A stretch of 64,000 nt of DNA from Phycisphaerales bacterium (GTDB lineage: Bacteria > Planctomycetota > Phycisphaerae > UBA1845), in contig JACKHG010000017.1 of NCBI GenBank assembly GCA_020639115.1, positions 17,790 through 81,789 on the forward strand. The letters are read 5' to 3'. The notes beneath the pieces are model-generated. The model ran no database searches. It was not told the origin of the DNA and saw nothing but the letters and a program-made list of their open reading frames with translations. Positions 20,224 through 30,525 of this stretch are shown in pieces. Numbering within the stretch: the first letter of the stretch is position 1; each line of letters starts with the position of its first letter. The position numbers and the translations under genes were made by a program.

Positions 20224-23200
20224 ATGCGGAGAGTACGTGTGCAACGAGCAAGCATGATCGTGGTTGCCGGCCTGGTGGCTGGTTGGTGCGCGACGGGTGT
20301 CCGAGCGCAGGGAGCGCAGAACGCGCCGGCGTCGTTTGATCCTGCGGTACCGGTCGGGCAGGTGACGAAGCTCGTTCTGCCGGGCGGCGCGGAAATCCGC
20401 CGCACGCAGGCGCGGGTGCAGCAGGCCGAGTCGATCGTCGTCGAGAATTCGCCGACGGTGGTGACGACGTGGGAGGAGGTCGACGCGGCGGGCAACGTCC
20501 AGCCCTACTTTGCGGTCAGCCTGGATGGCGCGCGGGTGGACACGGTGCGTGCGACCGACTACCTGCTGAAGTGGCGGCACGCGCAGTTCGACCCGGCGCA
20601 GACGGCTGACCCGGTCGCGGCGGAGTTGGCGCTTCCGGCGGACAACCGGCTGTACGTGGTGCAGTTCACGACGACGCCGCTGGCGGTCTACCGCCGGCAG
20701 CTCAGCGGGTTGGGGGCTGCGGTGCACCAGTACGTGCCCGACTACGCTTATATCGTGGAGATGGCGCCGGACGTGCGCGACCAGGTGGCGGCGCTGCCCT
20801 TCGTGCGGGTGGTCGAGCCTTACGCGGTCGCGTACCGCATGGAGCCGGAGCTGCGCACGGTGCTGCAGCAGCGCGCGGCGGATCCCGGGGCGCGTCGCTA
20901 CGCCATCCGGGTCATCGACAAGGACGCGGCGCGCAAGCAGGCGGTGGCGGACGCGATCGTGGCGCTCGGCGGGACGATCGACGTGCTGTCGGCGGGCGGT
21001 TTCATGATCGACGCGACGCTCACGCGCGCGCAGCTCGCCGCGATCGCGGAGATGAATGACGTCGAATACATCGGGCTCTGGTCGGAGCCGCAGACGCGCA
21101 TGAACATCGTGCGCATTGTGGGCGGGGCGAACACGGTGGAGAGCCTGGCGGGCTATACGGGCGCCGGCGTCCGCGGGGAGGTGATGGACAACGGTTGCCA
21201 GGTGAACCACCCGGACTTCAACGGGCGCATCGACATTCACGGCGCGACGGGTTTCGCGGTGCAGACGCACGGCACCGCCACGTTCGGAATCGTGTTCGGC
21301 AGCGGTGCGGGGAGCTCGACCGCCCGGGGCATGCTGCCGGACGGATTTGGGTATTTCCGCTACTGGACCCAATCGGTCAGCCGGTACGACGGAATCGAGG
21401 AGCTCACCCAGTCACCGCGCAGTTGCGTGTTCCAGTCGAACAGCTGGGGGTTCGCGGATACGACCAACTACACGAACTACACCGCCGAGCTGGACGATGC
21501 GGTGTTCGATTTCGACGTGGTCGTGCTGCATTCGCAGGGCAACTCGGGGACGCAGGCGGGCGTCGAGCAGGCGTGGGGCAAGAACGTCGTCGGCGTCGGC
21601 GGTATCGTCCACCGCAACACGTCGACGCTCAGCGATGACTACTGGGGCGGTGCGGGCACCATCGGCCCCGCCGCCGACGGCCGCATCAAACCCGACCTGT
21701 GCTTCTGGTACGACAGCATCCGCACGACCTACCCGACGAGCACGTACACGAACAGTTTCGGGGGAACCAGCGCGGCGTGTCCGGAAACGGCGGGCCACTT
21801 CGGCCTGTTCTTCCAGATGTGGAAGGACGGCATCTTCGGCAATCCGGTGTCCGGCGGGACGGTCTTTCAGGAGCGCCCGCACAGTTCCACGGCGCGCGCC
21901 GTGATGATCAACACGGCGTCCCAGTATCCGTTTTCCGGTACGGGCGCCGACCTGACCCGCGTGCACCAGGGCTGGGGACGTCCCGACGTCGCCAACCTCT
22001 ACGATCTGCGCGACAACCTCTTCGTGGTGGATGAAACGGACGTGCTGGCGGAGTTCCAGACGCGGCGTTACTCGACGCTGATCACGCCCGGCCAGCCGCA
22101 CAACGACATCCTGAAGGCCACGCTCACGTACAACGACCTGGCCGGCATTACCAACGCCGGACAGCACCGCGTCAACGACATGACGCTGAAGGTGACGTCG
22201 CCGAGCGGGACGGTCTACTACGGCAACAACGGGCTGCTCGCGGGCAACTGGTCCACGCCGGGCGGTTCGCCGAACACGATCGACACCGTCGAGAACGTGT
22301 TCATCCAGAATCCGGAGCAGGGGCTGTGGTCGATCGACGTCACCGCGGCGGAGATCAACCAGGACGGGCACGTCGAGACCGGGGCGCTGGACATGGACTA
22401 CGCGCTGGTGGTTTCCGGCGGGGTGACCATGGCGGACTGCAACGCCAACGGCGTGGTCGACCCTTGCGAGACGGATTGCGGCCTGCCGGGATGCAACGTG
22501 CCCGGATGCGGCCAGAACCCCGACTGCAACGGCAATCAGCTTCCCGACGAATGCGATATCGGCATCGGTGTTTCGGCGGACTGCAACGCGAACTCCGTTC
22601 CCGACGAGTGCGAACTCGCCGGCAACGACTGCAACGCGGACCAGATTCCCGACGAGTGCCAGCTCGCGGGCAACGACTGCGACGGCAACCAGGAACCGGA
22701 TGACTGCGATGCGCAGGCGCTGGCGGGGACGATCTCGTCGCCCGCGAACCAGACGCCGTGCCCCGGCGCCAGCGCGTCGTTTTCGGTCACCGCGCCCAGC
22801 GCCACCGCTTACCAGTGGTACCACGGCGCCGTCGCGCTCAGCAACGGCGGCAGTATCAGCGGCGCGCAGTCCGCGACGCTGACGATCGATCCGGTCGCTG
22901 CCGGCGACGAAGGCGCGTACAGGTGTGAGGTCAGCAGCGGATGCATTTCGACGATGAGCGGTTCGGGTACGCTCGACCTCGAGTCGGATGATCTGCAGGT
23001 GAATTTCGTTACGCCGTCCACGCTGCAGATCTGCGCGAGCGGCGCCACGTTTGCCGGCTTCGAGGTCGCGGTGAACGATACGACGGGCGTCACGTACCAA
23101 TGGAGCCACGACGGGCAGGATCTCACCGATGACGGGCGCATCACCGGCGCCAACACGAAGCGCATCGAGATCAATCCCCCAACCGGGGCCGACATCGGGA

Positions 23201-23763
23201 GCTACACGTGCACCGTCACGAACGCGTGCATGGCGACTCCGGTCGAGGCGACTGCGAACCTGTACGTAGGCGCAGCGTTCCTGGAGCAACCGCCCGCGAC
23301 GCTCTGCACCGAGTACGGCAGCGATGCCGTGTTCACCGTCGTTGCCGCCGATCCGCAACCGGACATCTTTCAGTGGTTCGAGGGCGCGGCAGCGCTGGCG
23401 GACGGTGGCCGAATCTCCGGCGCCACGACCGGCACCCTCACGCTCAGCAATGTCGGCGCGGCGGACGATGGACGCACGTTCAGCGTGCGGATCGCCGTGG
23501 CGGATCCGTTCTGCTTGAACAACTCGGACGTGGCGGTGCTGCACGCGGCGCCGGCGGGCGCCTGCCCGAGCTGTCCGACGCCGGGCGACATGGACGGCGA
23601 TGGAGATTACGACCTTTACGACTACTACCGGTTCACGCTCTGCTTCGGAGCCGACGTGAGCCTGGTGAGTGAATGTGCGTGCGCGAACGTGGCGGATTCC
23701 GACACGATCGTGAACATCAGCGACTGGACGGCGATGCAGAGCCTGGTTGCCGGGCCGAACTGA
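20224..23763 (+). CDS. Secreted subtilisin/kexin-like S8 protease with P-domain-like region, Cys-rich repeats, Ig-like domains and dockerin-like tail
   Basis: The signal peptide is MRRVRVQRASMIVVAGLVAGWCATGVRAQG. The triad motifs are VMDNGCQVNHPDF (Asp), HGTATFG (His), SNSWG and GGTSAACPETAG (Ser). The C-terminal 442 aa are shared with the next gene. Confidence 0.9.
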   Translation: MRRVRVQRASMIVVAGLVAGWCATGVRAQGAQNAPASFDPAVPVGQVTKLVLPGGAEIRRTQARVQQAESIVVENSPTVVTTWEEVDAAGNVQPYFAVSLDGARVDTVRATDYLLKWRHAQFDPAQTADPVAAELALPADNRLYVVQFTTTPLAVYRRQLSGLGAAVHQYVPDYAYIVEMAPDVRDQVAALPFVRVVEPYAVAYRMEPELRTVLQQRAADPGARRYAIRVIDKDAARKQAVADAIVALGGTIDVLSAGGFMIDATLTRAQLAAIAEMNDVEYIGLWSEPQTRMNIVRIVGGANTVESLAGYTGAGVRGEVMDNGCQVNHPDFNGRIDIHGATGFAVQTHGTATFGIVFGSGAGSSTARGMLPDGFGYFRYWTQSVSRYDGIEELTQSPRSCVFQSNSWGFADTTNYTNYTAELDDAVFDFDVVVLHSQGNSGTQAGVEQAWGKNVVGVGGIVHRNTSTLSDDYWGGAGTIGPAADGRIKPDLCFWYDSIRTTYPTSTYTNSFGGTSAACPETAGHFGLFFQMWKDGIFGNPVSGGTVFQERPHSSTARAVMINTASQYPFSGTGADLTRVHQGWGRPDVANLYDLRDNLFVVDETDVLAEFQTRRYSTLITPGQPHNDILKATLTYNDLAGITNAGQHRVNDMTLKVTSPSGTVYYGNNGLLAGNWSTPGGSPNTIDTVENVFIQNPEQGLWSIDVTAAEINQDGHVETGALDMDYALVVSGGVTMADCNANGVVDPCETDCGLPGCNVPGCGQNPDCNGNQLPDECDIGIGVSADCNANSVPDECELAGNDCNADQIPDECQLAGNDCDGNQEPDDCDAQALAGTISSPANQTPCPGASASFSVTAPSATAYQWYHGAVALSNGGSISGAQSATLTIDPVAAGDEGAYRCEVSSGCISTMSGSGTLDLESDDLQVNFVTPSTLQICASGATFAGFEVAVNDTTGVTYQWSHDGQDLTDDGRITGANTKRIEINPPTGADIGSYTCTVTNACMATPVEATANLYVGAAFLEQPPATLCTEYGSDAVFTVVAADPQPDIFQWFEGAAALADGGRISGATTGTLTLSNVGAADDGRTFSVRIAVADPFCLNNSDVAVLHAAPAGACPSCPTPGDMDGDGDYDLYDYYRFTLCFGADVSLVSECACANVADSDTIVNISDWTAMQSLVAGPN
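22435..23760 (+). repeat. Paralogous C-terminal coding module, copy A (442 codons)
   Basis: It starts at DCNANGVVDPCETDCGLPGCNVPGCGQNPDCN. It has 5 DCNxNxxPDxC[ED] units, three YxW...GxYxC Ig-like segments and the tail CPSCPTPGDMDGDGDYDLYD... Confidence 0.85.
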
Positions 23764-23934
23764 TCGGCGCGCGCCCGGGGGGTTCTTTCGGTCGCAGCGG
23801 AGCACGGGGCGCCGGCAGGAGCTGAAGACGGCCTTCGCGCCGACAGATGCGCGTGGGGTCGTTATTGAGGCCGCGTACCGCGCGGAGGACTGGCACACGA
23901 GGGGTCGCCTGGACACCCAGATCGGGAGCATACG

Positions 23935-26900
23935 ATGAGAATCATTGCGAAGATGCACGGTAGCGGCGTGGTGCTCGGCTTGATGACGATTGCGGTCGGC
24001 GCGGCGGCGGTCCGTGCGGATGAGCCGGCCGAGTCGAAGGTGGTGGAATGCCCGGGCGTCGGCTGGCCGGCGGACTATCGGCCGGCGCCGTCCTTCGTGC
24101 AGTTTCCGTCGGCGCGCCTCGCCAATCGCGCAGCCCTGATCGTTCCCGAGGTGCGCCTGGCGGCCCCGGACGCGTCCACGCTGCGCGCCGAGGAGGCGCA
24201 GGGTGACGGCGAGATTGGGCGGGAACGCGTCGGTTTCAGCCGGGCGCTGGTCAGCCCACTCGTGGGTGAGTGGCACGCGTTACCCGACGGCCGCCAGCTC
24301 TGGATCGGCGCCGTCATCTCCACCGATGCGACGATGATCCGCCTGCATCTGACCGACATTCACCTGCCGGACGATGCGCGCCTGTACTACCACGCGCCCG
24401 ACGAGCAGGCCTCGGCGGCAGCGCCGGTGGAAGGACACGGACCGCTCGACGATGGCACCTTCTGGACGGCGCCCGTTTTCGGCGACACGGTACAGCTCGA
24501 GTTGAGCCTGCCCGCCGACGCGCCGCGGACGCTGCCGTTTGAAGTGGACGAGCTCATCCATGGCTACCGGGCGGTCATGCCGGCGACGGATGGGGAACGG
24601 GCGGGTCTTACCTGCATGCTGGACGTGCACTGTTCGCCGCAGTGGCCCACGTGGGAGGACATCAGCTATTCCGTCGGGCGCATGAGCTTCATCGATGGCG
24701 GTTCGGCGTATTTCTGCACGGGCCAGTTGCTCGCCACGCAGAACAACGATCTCACGCCCTACTTCCTGACCGCCAATCACTGCATCAGCGACCAGACGGC
24801 GGCCAACACGCTGACCTGCCTGTGGTTCTACCAGACTTCGTCCTGCAACGGCGCGTTCGCCGCGACCGCCACGAGCAGCGGCGCCGACTTTATCCAGGGC
24901 AATTCGGTCGCGGACTACACGCTGCTGATGATCCGCGGCGCGCTGCCCACGGGCGTGTTCTGGTCGGGCTGGACGAATGCCAGCATCAGCACGGGGGTGA
25001 CGGTGCACTCGGTTTCCCATCCGCAGGGGAGTTGGAAGCGGTATGCCCGCGGCACCAAGCTGAGCAACAATGTCAACGGTTATCAGCGGGTCAGCTTCAA
25101 CCAGGGCATGGGCACGATCGACCAGGGCTCCAGCGGTTCGGGCATCTGGACGGACGGGGCCACCCCCGCGAACCAGTTGCTCTTCGGTGACCTGAGCTTC
25201 GGCTTCGGCCCGACGAACTGCGATGATCCATCCAACCCCGTGTACTACGGCCGGTTCGAACAGTACTACATCAACCTGCAGTTCCTCCTCGCGGAAGGCA
25301 GTGACGACACGCTGGAGGAAAACGACAGTTGTGCCGCGGCGGTTCCGCTCGGCAGCGTCACGTACAACAACCTCGTCGTCAAGAGCCTCGACGAGGACTG
25401 GTACGAACTCGACGTCGGTTCCGGCGACACGCTGACCGTGAACGCCCAGTTCACGCACGCCAACGGCAACATCAACCTCGAGCTGTACGATGCGTGTGGC
25501 GGCAATATCGTCGCCACGGCGTCGTCGTCGACGAACAATGAACAGTTGTCTTATCTCAACTCGGGCGCGCCGCACGCCTACTTCCTGCGGGTTTTCCTCG
25601 CGAGCGACACGCGCAACGAGTACAGCCTGACGCTCACGGGCGTCGCGGTGGATTGCAACGTCAACGGCATTGATGACGCCTGCGAGACCGACTGCGGGCT
25701 GCCGGGTTGCAACATCCCGGGCTGCGGGCAGACGCCGGACTGCAACAACAACCAGAACCCGGACAGTTGCGACATCGCCAGCCACTTCTCCGCCGACTGC
25801 AACAACAGCGGCGTTCCCGACGAGTGCGAGCTGGCGGGCAACGATTGCAACGCCGACCTGATACCGGATGAATGCCAGCTTGCCGGCAACGACTGCAACA
25901 ACAACTCGGACCCCGACGATTGCGACGAGGCGGCCCTGGAGGCGAACATCAGCCATCCGGCGGATCAGACGCCCTGTCCCGCCGGCAACGCGTCGTTCAC
26001 GGCAACCGCCCCCGGCGCCACGGCCTACCAGTGGTACCGCAACGGGTCGGTCGCGCTCAGCAACGGCGGGAATATCAGCGGGGCGCAATCGGCAACGCTG
26101 ACGATCGATCCCGTGGGGGCCGCGGACGAGGGCAACTACTCCTGTGTGGTCAGCGTGGGATGCATCTCGGCGTCGAGCACGTCGGCTTCGCTGGACCTGA
26201 CCACGGACAACCTGCAGGTCGACCTCACCTCGGCGACGCCGGTCACGAAGTGCTCGTCCGGCAGCGCCCTGGCGGTTTTCCAGGTCGCGGTCAACGACCC
26301 GACGGGCGTGACGTACCAGTGGGACCACGAAGGCGTGGACCTGACGGATGGTGGCAAGATCAGCGGGGCCAATGCGTTTCGTCTCGAGATCACCTCGCCG
26401 GAACTGGTGGACAGCGGCACGTACACGTGCACAGTGACCAACGCATGCTCGGCCCAGGCGGCGACCGCGAGCGGCGAGCTTTTGATCGTTCCGACCTTCG
26501 CGCAGCAGCCACCGGCAACACAGTGCGTCGAATACGGGAGCAATGCCGTCTTCACGGCGCAGGCCAACGACCCTCAACCGGACATTTTCCTGTGGTACGA
26601 GGGTGCGACTCCGCTCAGCGATGGCGGACGACTCTCGGGCACATCGACCAACACGCTGACGCTGAGCAACGTGCAGGCCAGCGACGATGGGCGCTCGTTC
26701 GCGCTGCGTCTCGCCGTTGCCGACCCCTTCTGCTCGCTGTACAGTGAGGAGACGGTCCTGCAGGCGATGCCCATCGGTGCGTGTCCCAGTTGCCCGTCGG
26801 CGGGAGACATGGACGACGACGGCGACTACGACCTCTACGACCTGTATCGCTTCACGCAGTGTTTCGGCGCCGACGTCTCCGTTGTCACGGAGTGCGTTTG

Positions 26901-26979
26901 TGCGAACGTCGATACCGGCAACACGTTGGTAGATCTGAATGACTGGGCGGCGTTGGAGAGTCTGATGACCGGCCCCTAA
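23935..26979 (+). CDS. Secreted trypsin-like (S1) serine protease with PPC-type pre-peptidase domain, Cys-rich repeats, Ig-like domains and dockerin-like tail
   Basis: GGGAG lies upstream of the ATG and a signal peptide is present. The triad context is LTANHCI (His), ADYTLLMI (Asp) and DQGSSGSGIW (Ser). The segment LEENDSCAAAVPLG...DEDWYELDV...YFLRV resembles a bacterial pre-peptidase C-terminal domain. The C-terminal 442 aa are paralogous to the previous gene. Confidence 0.85.
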   Translation: MRIIAKMHGSGVVLGLMTIAVGAAAVRADEPAESKVVECPGVGWPADYRPAPSFVQFPSARLANRAALIVPEVRLAAPDASTLRAEEAQGDGEIGRERVGFSRALVSPLVGEWHALPDGRQLWIGAVISTDATMIRLHLTDIHLPDDARLYYHAPDEQASAAAPVEGHGPLDDGTFWTAPVFGDTVQLELSLPADAPRTLPFEVDELIHGYRAVMPATDGERAGLTCMLDVHCSPQWPTWEDISYSVGRMSFIDGGSAYFCTGQLLATQNNDLTPYFLTANHCISDQTAANTLTCLWFYQTSSCNGAFAATATSSGADFIQGNSVADYTLLMIRGALPTGVFWSGWTNASISTGVTVHSVSHPQGSWKRYARGTKLSNNVNGYQRVSFNQGMGTIDQGSSGSGIWTDGATPANQLLFGDLSFGFGPTNCDDPSNPVYYGRFEQYYINLQFLLAEGSDDTLEENDSCAAAVPLGSVTYNNLVVKSLDEDWYELDVGSGDTLTVNAQFTHANGNINLELYDACGGNIVATASSSTNNEQLSYLNSGAPHAYFLRVFLASDTRNEYSLTLTGVAVDCNVNGIDDACETDCGLPGCNIPGCGQTPDCNNNQNPDSCDIASHFSADCNNSGVPDECELAGNDCNADLIPDECQLAGNDCNNNSDPDDCDEAALEANISHPADQTPCPAGNASFTATAPGATAYQWYRNGSVALSNGGNISGAQSATLTIDPVGAADEGNYSCVVSVGCISASSTSASLDLTTDNLQVDLTSATPVTKCSSGSALAVFQVAVNDPTGVTYQWDHEGVDLTDGGKISGANAFRLEITSPELVDSGTYTCTVTNACSAQAATASGELLIVPTFAQQPPATQCVEYGSNAVFTAQANDPQPDIFLWYEGATPLSDGGRLSGTSTNTLTLSNVQASDDGRSFALRLAVADPFCSLYSEETVLQAMPIGACPSCPSAGDMDDDGDYDLYDLYRFTQCFGADVSVVTECVCANVDTGNTLVDLNDWAALESLMTGP
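25651..26976 (+). repeat. Paralogous C-terminal coding module, copy B (442 codons, same length as copy A)
   Basis: It starts at DCNVNGIDDACETDCGLPGCNIPGCGQTPDCN. Long identical blocks with copy A include ECELAGNDCNAD, IPDECQLAGNDC, ATAYQWY, ISGAQSATLTIDPV, GVTYQW, YTCTVTNAC, DPQPDIF, AVADPFC and ACPSCP. Confidence 0.85.
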
Positions 26980-26991
26980 CCCGCGGCCCCC

Positions 26992-29900
26992 ATGGCCGGG
27001 CGGCTGGAGCAATACCGCATGCGACGACATTCCACCGCGATTCTCCTGCTGTCATGTTGGGCGGCGCCAGGTATCGTTTGGGCAGCGGGCGACAGCGTCG
27101 CGGGAGTGCCCCTGGATCGCGCCGCGTACGGTACGGGTACGATCGAAACGCTGGCCGCCATGGTTGCGCGGAGCCGCGCCCACGGTGATGTTGTGACCAG
27201 CGATGGGCGCGGCGATCAGCACGGCCGCTGGATGGTGCCCTCGGACGGCGCCCTCTATTTTGCCCATTCGGGCCGGCACTACGTGGTGAACAGCTGGGGG
27301 GATACGCGGATGGCCATTGGCTTTCCGCGGACGGTCGACGTGGCCGGCGCGTACTTCGCGGGCCAGGGCGGTGCCGGCGTGTGGGCGCGCGGCGTGCGTG
27401 CCATCGGCATGCAGGGCGATCGCGTCGTCAAGACGACGGATTGGTTCGAAGCCATCGGAGCGAAGCCGGCGTGGTTCGAGATGGATCTGCGGGGCATCGA
27501 CCGCCTGGTGATCGAAGCGGTGCCGGCGGTGGATGGCGCTGGCTGGTACGGGCTCGACGACCTCACCTACACGATCGTACCCGCCCGTGGAACCGACGGC
27601 GCGCCGCGGCGCATCGTCCTGGACTTTGAAGATACCGCCGCGCGGCAGGTACTGACGGGTTCGAATTACGGCGGGCTGCGCTGGGAAACCGGCACGGGCG
27701 ATTTCGGGTCGGCGGCGGGCGTGCCTGCACCGCAGACCATGGAGACGGAGGAGCCGAAGCCGCGGGTCGCGCCCGGTCCGACCGAGCGAGAGGGTCTGGG
27801 GACAGCGCCCGAGCAGGTAACGAGTTTTCAAGGGCCGATTCGCGGTGATTCCGGCCAGTTTTCCTATCCACCCGATACCTGCGGCGCGGTGGGGCCGCAG
27901 CACTTCGTATCGCTGGTCAACCGCAACGCCTCGATATACGACCGGGCCAATGGCCAGCGGCTGGCGAGCGTGACGCTCAGCGATTTCTTCGCCCCGTATT
28001 CCACCGGCGGAGATCCGCGGGTGCTGTACGATCAGTACAGCGACCGCTGGATCGCCATCTCGTCGTCGTTCAGCAGCGGGCGCAGCATACAGGTGGCGGT
28101 GTCGCTGAGCAGCGACCCGACCGGGGCGTGGTTCAAGACGCAGTTTCTCGCGGACGGCGGCAGCGACGATGGCTGCTGGCCGGACTATCCGACGCTGGGC
28201 GTGAGCGCCGACGGCATCTACGTCACGACGTTCATGGTTTCCTGCGGCATGACGGTGTTCGCAATCGACAAGGCGCCGCTGATCGCGGCTGCTCCGTCGC
28301 TGGGCACGATCCTGGCTTTTCGCGGGCTGCCGTTCGAGGGGGCGATCCAGCCGGTGCACTCCTTCGGTTCGGTCAGCGGTGAGTACCTCATCTCGCGCAA
28401 CTCGAGCACGACGCTTCGTGTTCGGCAGGTTGCCGGCGCGGTGTTGGTCAACCGCGGTACCGTCTCGGTGCCGTTCAACACGGCAGCCGCCGACGCGCCG
28501 GCCCTGGGCAGTTCGACGCCGCTGGACACGGTCGACACGCGCCTGATGAACGCGGTATACCGCGACGGCTCGATCTGGACGACGCACACGGTCGACGTCA
28601 GCGGGCGGGCCGCCTGCCGGTGGTACGAAGTCGATGTGCAGGGGGCGTCGCCGACGTTGCAGCAGGTCGGGACGGTCAGCGATCCCGTGCTGCACTACTT
28701 TTTCCCATCGATCATGGTGAATGCCCGCGGGGATGCCCTGCTCGGGTTTTCGGGGACGTCCGCAACCCAGTACGCCGGCGCCTATTTCACCGGCCGGAAC
28801 CGTTTCGATCCGCCGAACGAAATGGGCCCCGCGCAGCCGTACCGCGCCGGCAGCGGCCCGCAGAACAACCTCGACCAGTATGGTCGCAACCGGTGGGGAG
28901 ATTACAGCCTCAGCTCGCTCGATCCGAACGACGAGCAGCAGATGTGGACGATCCAGGCTTACGGTCACACGACGAACATCTGGGGCACGTACATCGCCGA
29001 GTTCTCGTTTGGCGACTGCAACAACAACGGCGTCGCCGACAGTATGGATATCACGGCCGGCACCAGCATCGACTGCAACACCAACGGCACGCCCGACGAA
29101 TGCGAGCTGGACGTGCACGACTGCAACGCGAGCGGTATTCCGGATGATTGCGAAATCGCTGCGGGATCGGTCGACGACTGCAATGCCAACGGCATCCCGG
29201 ACACGTGCGACGTCGTCAGTGGTGTCGCCCTGGACTGCAATGCGAACGGCATCCCGGACGTCTGCGACGTCGCCCCCGGCGGCGCCAGCGACGACTGCGA
29301 CGTCAACGGCGTTCCCGATGAATGCCAGCTCGCCGGCAACGATTGCAACGGCAACGGGCGACTCGATGTCTGCGACTCCGACGACCTGGCGGCGGGCATG
29401 GTCGGCCCAGCCGGTCACCACGCGTGCCCCGATGAGCCGGTGACCTTCAGCGTCGCCGCGCCCGGCTTGACGGCCTATCAGTGGATCCGCAACGGCACTG
29501 AGGTGCTGACCGAGGGCGCCCCCTTCTCCGGCGTCACCAGCGCAGAGCTCACCATCGCCCCAGCCGGCGCCGGTGGGGATCTCAGCACGTACTCCTGCCG
29601 GGTGAGCGCCGGTTGCATTACGGCGGAGAGCAGCGCCGCCACGCTCGACGTGCTGCCGCCGCAGCTCGATGTTGCGCTCATCAGCCCTTCGCCCATTACG
29701 GGGTGCGCCGGTGGCAACTCGACGGTCGTATTCGCCGTCACCGTTGATGACCCGCTGGACGTCGTCTACCAGTGGAACAAGGACGGCGTCGATCTCGTTG
29801 ACAGCGCGCACATCATCGGAAGCCAGACGGCCCAACTGGAGATTTCCGGCGCCACCGGAACCGACAGCGGAGCGTACACCTGCCGGGTCTGGAACGCGTG

Positions 29901-30444
29901 CATCGACCCCGTTGACGCCGTGTCCACGACCGGCATCCTGGCGTTTGCCAACCCCGCGATCGCGCAGCAGCCCGCGGATCGCTGTGCGGAACCCGGCGAG
30001 GACGCCGCCTTTAACGCGGAGGCTACCGGCCCCACGCCGCTCATCACGCGCTGGTATGAGGGGGCGGCTGCCCTGACCGACGGCGCGAAGTTTTCCGGCA
30101 CGACGACCACAACGCTCACCGTGCACGACATTCAGCTCGCCGACGACGGTCGCCAGTTCCGCCTCCGCGCCGCCGTGCCCGATCCGTTCTGCTCGACCTA
30201 CAGCGACGTTGCGACGCTCACCGTAGCGCCCGCGGGGCAGTGTCCGGACTGTCGCTTCACGCCCGGTGACATGGACGGCGACGGTGACTTCGATCTCGCC
30301 GACCTGCAGGCGTTCGCGGCGTGCTTTGGCGCGGACATCATCGCGCAGCCCGCCTGCGCGTGCGCCAACGTCGCCGCCGATGATCAGGTTGTGAATATCG
30401 CCGACTGGATCGCCCTGCAGGTCATGCTCACCGGGCCGCAGTAG
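26992..30444 (+). CDS. Secreted protein with an unknown N-terminal head and the same Cys-rich repeat/Ig-like/dockerin-like C-terminal module
   Basis: 1150-aa ORF; an alternative start at 27019 has GGAG upstream. The signal peptide is RRHSTAILLLSCWAAPGIVWA. I recognise no catalytic motif in the first ~670 aa. The C-terminal ~476 aa align by eye with the two upstream genes. Confidence 0.8.
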   Translation: MAGRLEQYRMRRHSTAILLLSCWAAPGIVWAAGDSVAGVPLDRAAYGTGTIETLAAMVARSRAHGDVVTSDGRGDQHGRWMVPSDGALYFAHSGRHYVVNSWGDTRMAIGFPRTVDVAGAYFAGQGGAGVWARGVRAIGMQGDRVVKTTDWFEAIGAKPAWFEMDLRGIDRLVIEAVPAVDGAGWYGLDDLTYTIVPARGTDGAPRRIVLDFEDTAARQVLTGSNYGGLRWETGTGDFGSAAGVPAPQTMETEEPKPRVAPGPTEREGLGTAPEQVTSFQGPIRGDSGQFSYPPDTCGAVGPQHFVSLVNRNASIYDRANGQRLASVTLSDFFAPYSTGGDPRVLYDQYSDRWIAISSSFSSGRSIQVAVSLSSDPTGAWFKTQFLADGGSDDGCWPDYPTLGVSADGIYVTTFMVSCGMTVFAIDKAPLIAAAPSLGTILAFRGLPFEGAIQPVHSFGSVSGEYLISRNSSTTLRVRQVAGAVLVNRGTVSVPFNTAAADAPALGSSTPLDTVDTRLMNAVYRDGSIWTTHTVDVSGRAACRWYEVDVQGASPTLQQVGTVSDPVLHYFFPSIMVNARGDALLGFSGTSATQYAGAYFTGRNRFDPPNEMGPAQPYRAGSGPQNNLDQYGRNRWGDYSLSSLDPNDEQQMWTIQAYGHTTNIWGTYIAEFSFGDCNNNGVADSMDITAGTSIDCNTNGTPDECELDVHDCNASGIPDDCEIAAGSVDDCNANGIPDTCDVVSGVALDCNANGIPDVCDVAPGGASDDCDVNGVPDECQLAGNDCNGNGRLDVCDSDDLAAGMVGPAGHHACPDEPVTFSVAAPGLTAYQWIRNGTEVLTEGAPFSGVTSAELTIAPAGAGGDLSTYSCRVSAGCITAESSAATLDVLPPQLDVALISPSPITGCAGGNSTVVFAVTVDDPLDVVYQWNKDGVDLVDSAHIIGSQTAQLEISGATGTDSGAYTCRVWNACIDPVDAVSTTGILAFANPAIAQQPADRCAEPGEDAAFNAEATGPTPLITRWYEGAAALTDGAKFSGTTTTTLTVHDIQLADDGRQFRLRAAVPDPFCSTYSDVATLTVAPAGQCPDCRFTPGDMDGDGDFDLADLQAFAACFGADIIAQPACACANVAADDQVVNIADWIALQVMLTGPQ
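29014..30441 (+). repeat. Paralogous C-terminal coding module, copy C (about 476 codons, more divergent)
   Basis: It has 7 DCNxNGxPDxC[ED] units. The same order of Ig-like segments follows (LTAYQWIRNG..., VVYQWNKDG..., ITRWYEGAAAL...). The tail is CPDCRFTPGDMDGDGDFDLADLQAFAACFGAD... Confidence 0.8.
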
Positions 30445-30525
30445 GCGCCCTGGCGTCACCGCCTATGCGGCGGTTTCCGCGCGCACGTTCGGCGCCCGCG
30501 CACGCCCCCCCGGGTCGGTGCGGTT

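Noticed and set aside
22435-22720. Periodic ~36-45-nt DNA repeats (also at 25651-25930 and 29014-29390) that could be mistaken for a CRISPR-like or tandem-repeat array.
   Set aside because: They are in-frame coding repeats (DCNxNGxPDxC[ED] units) inside long ORFs. The repeats are imperfect at synonymous sites, there is no spacer/repeat structure, and there are no cas genes.
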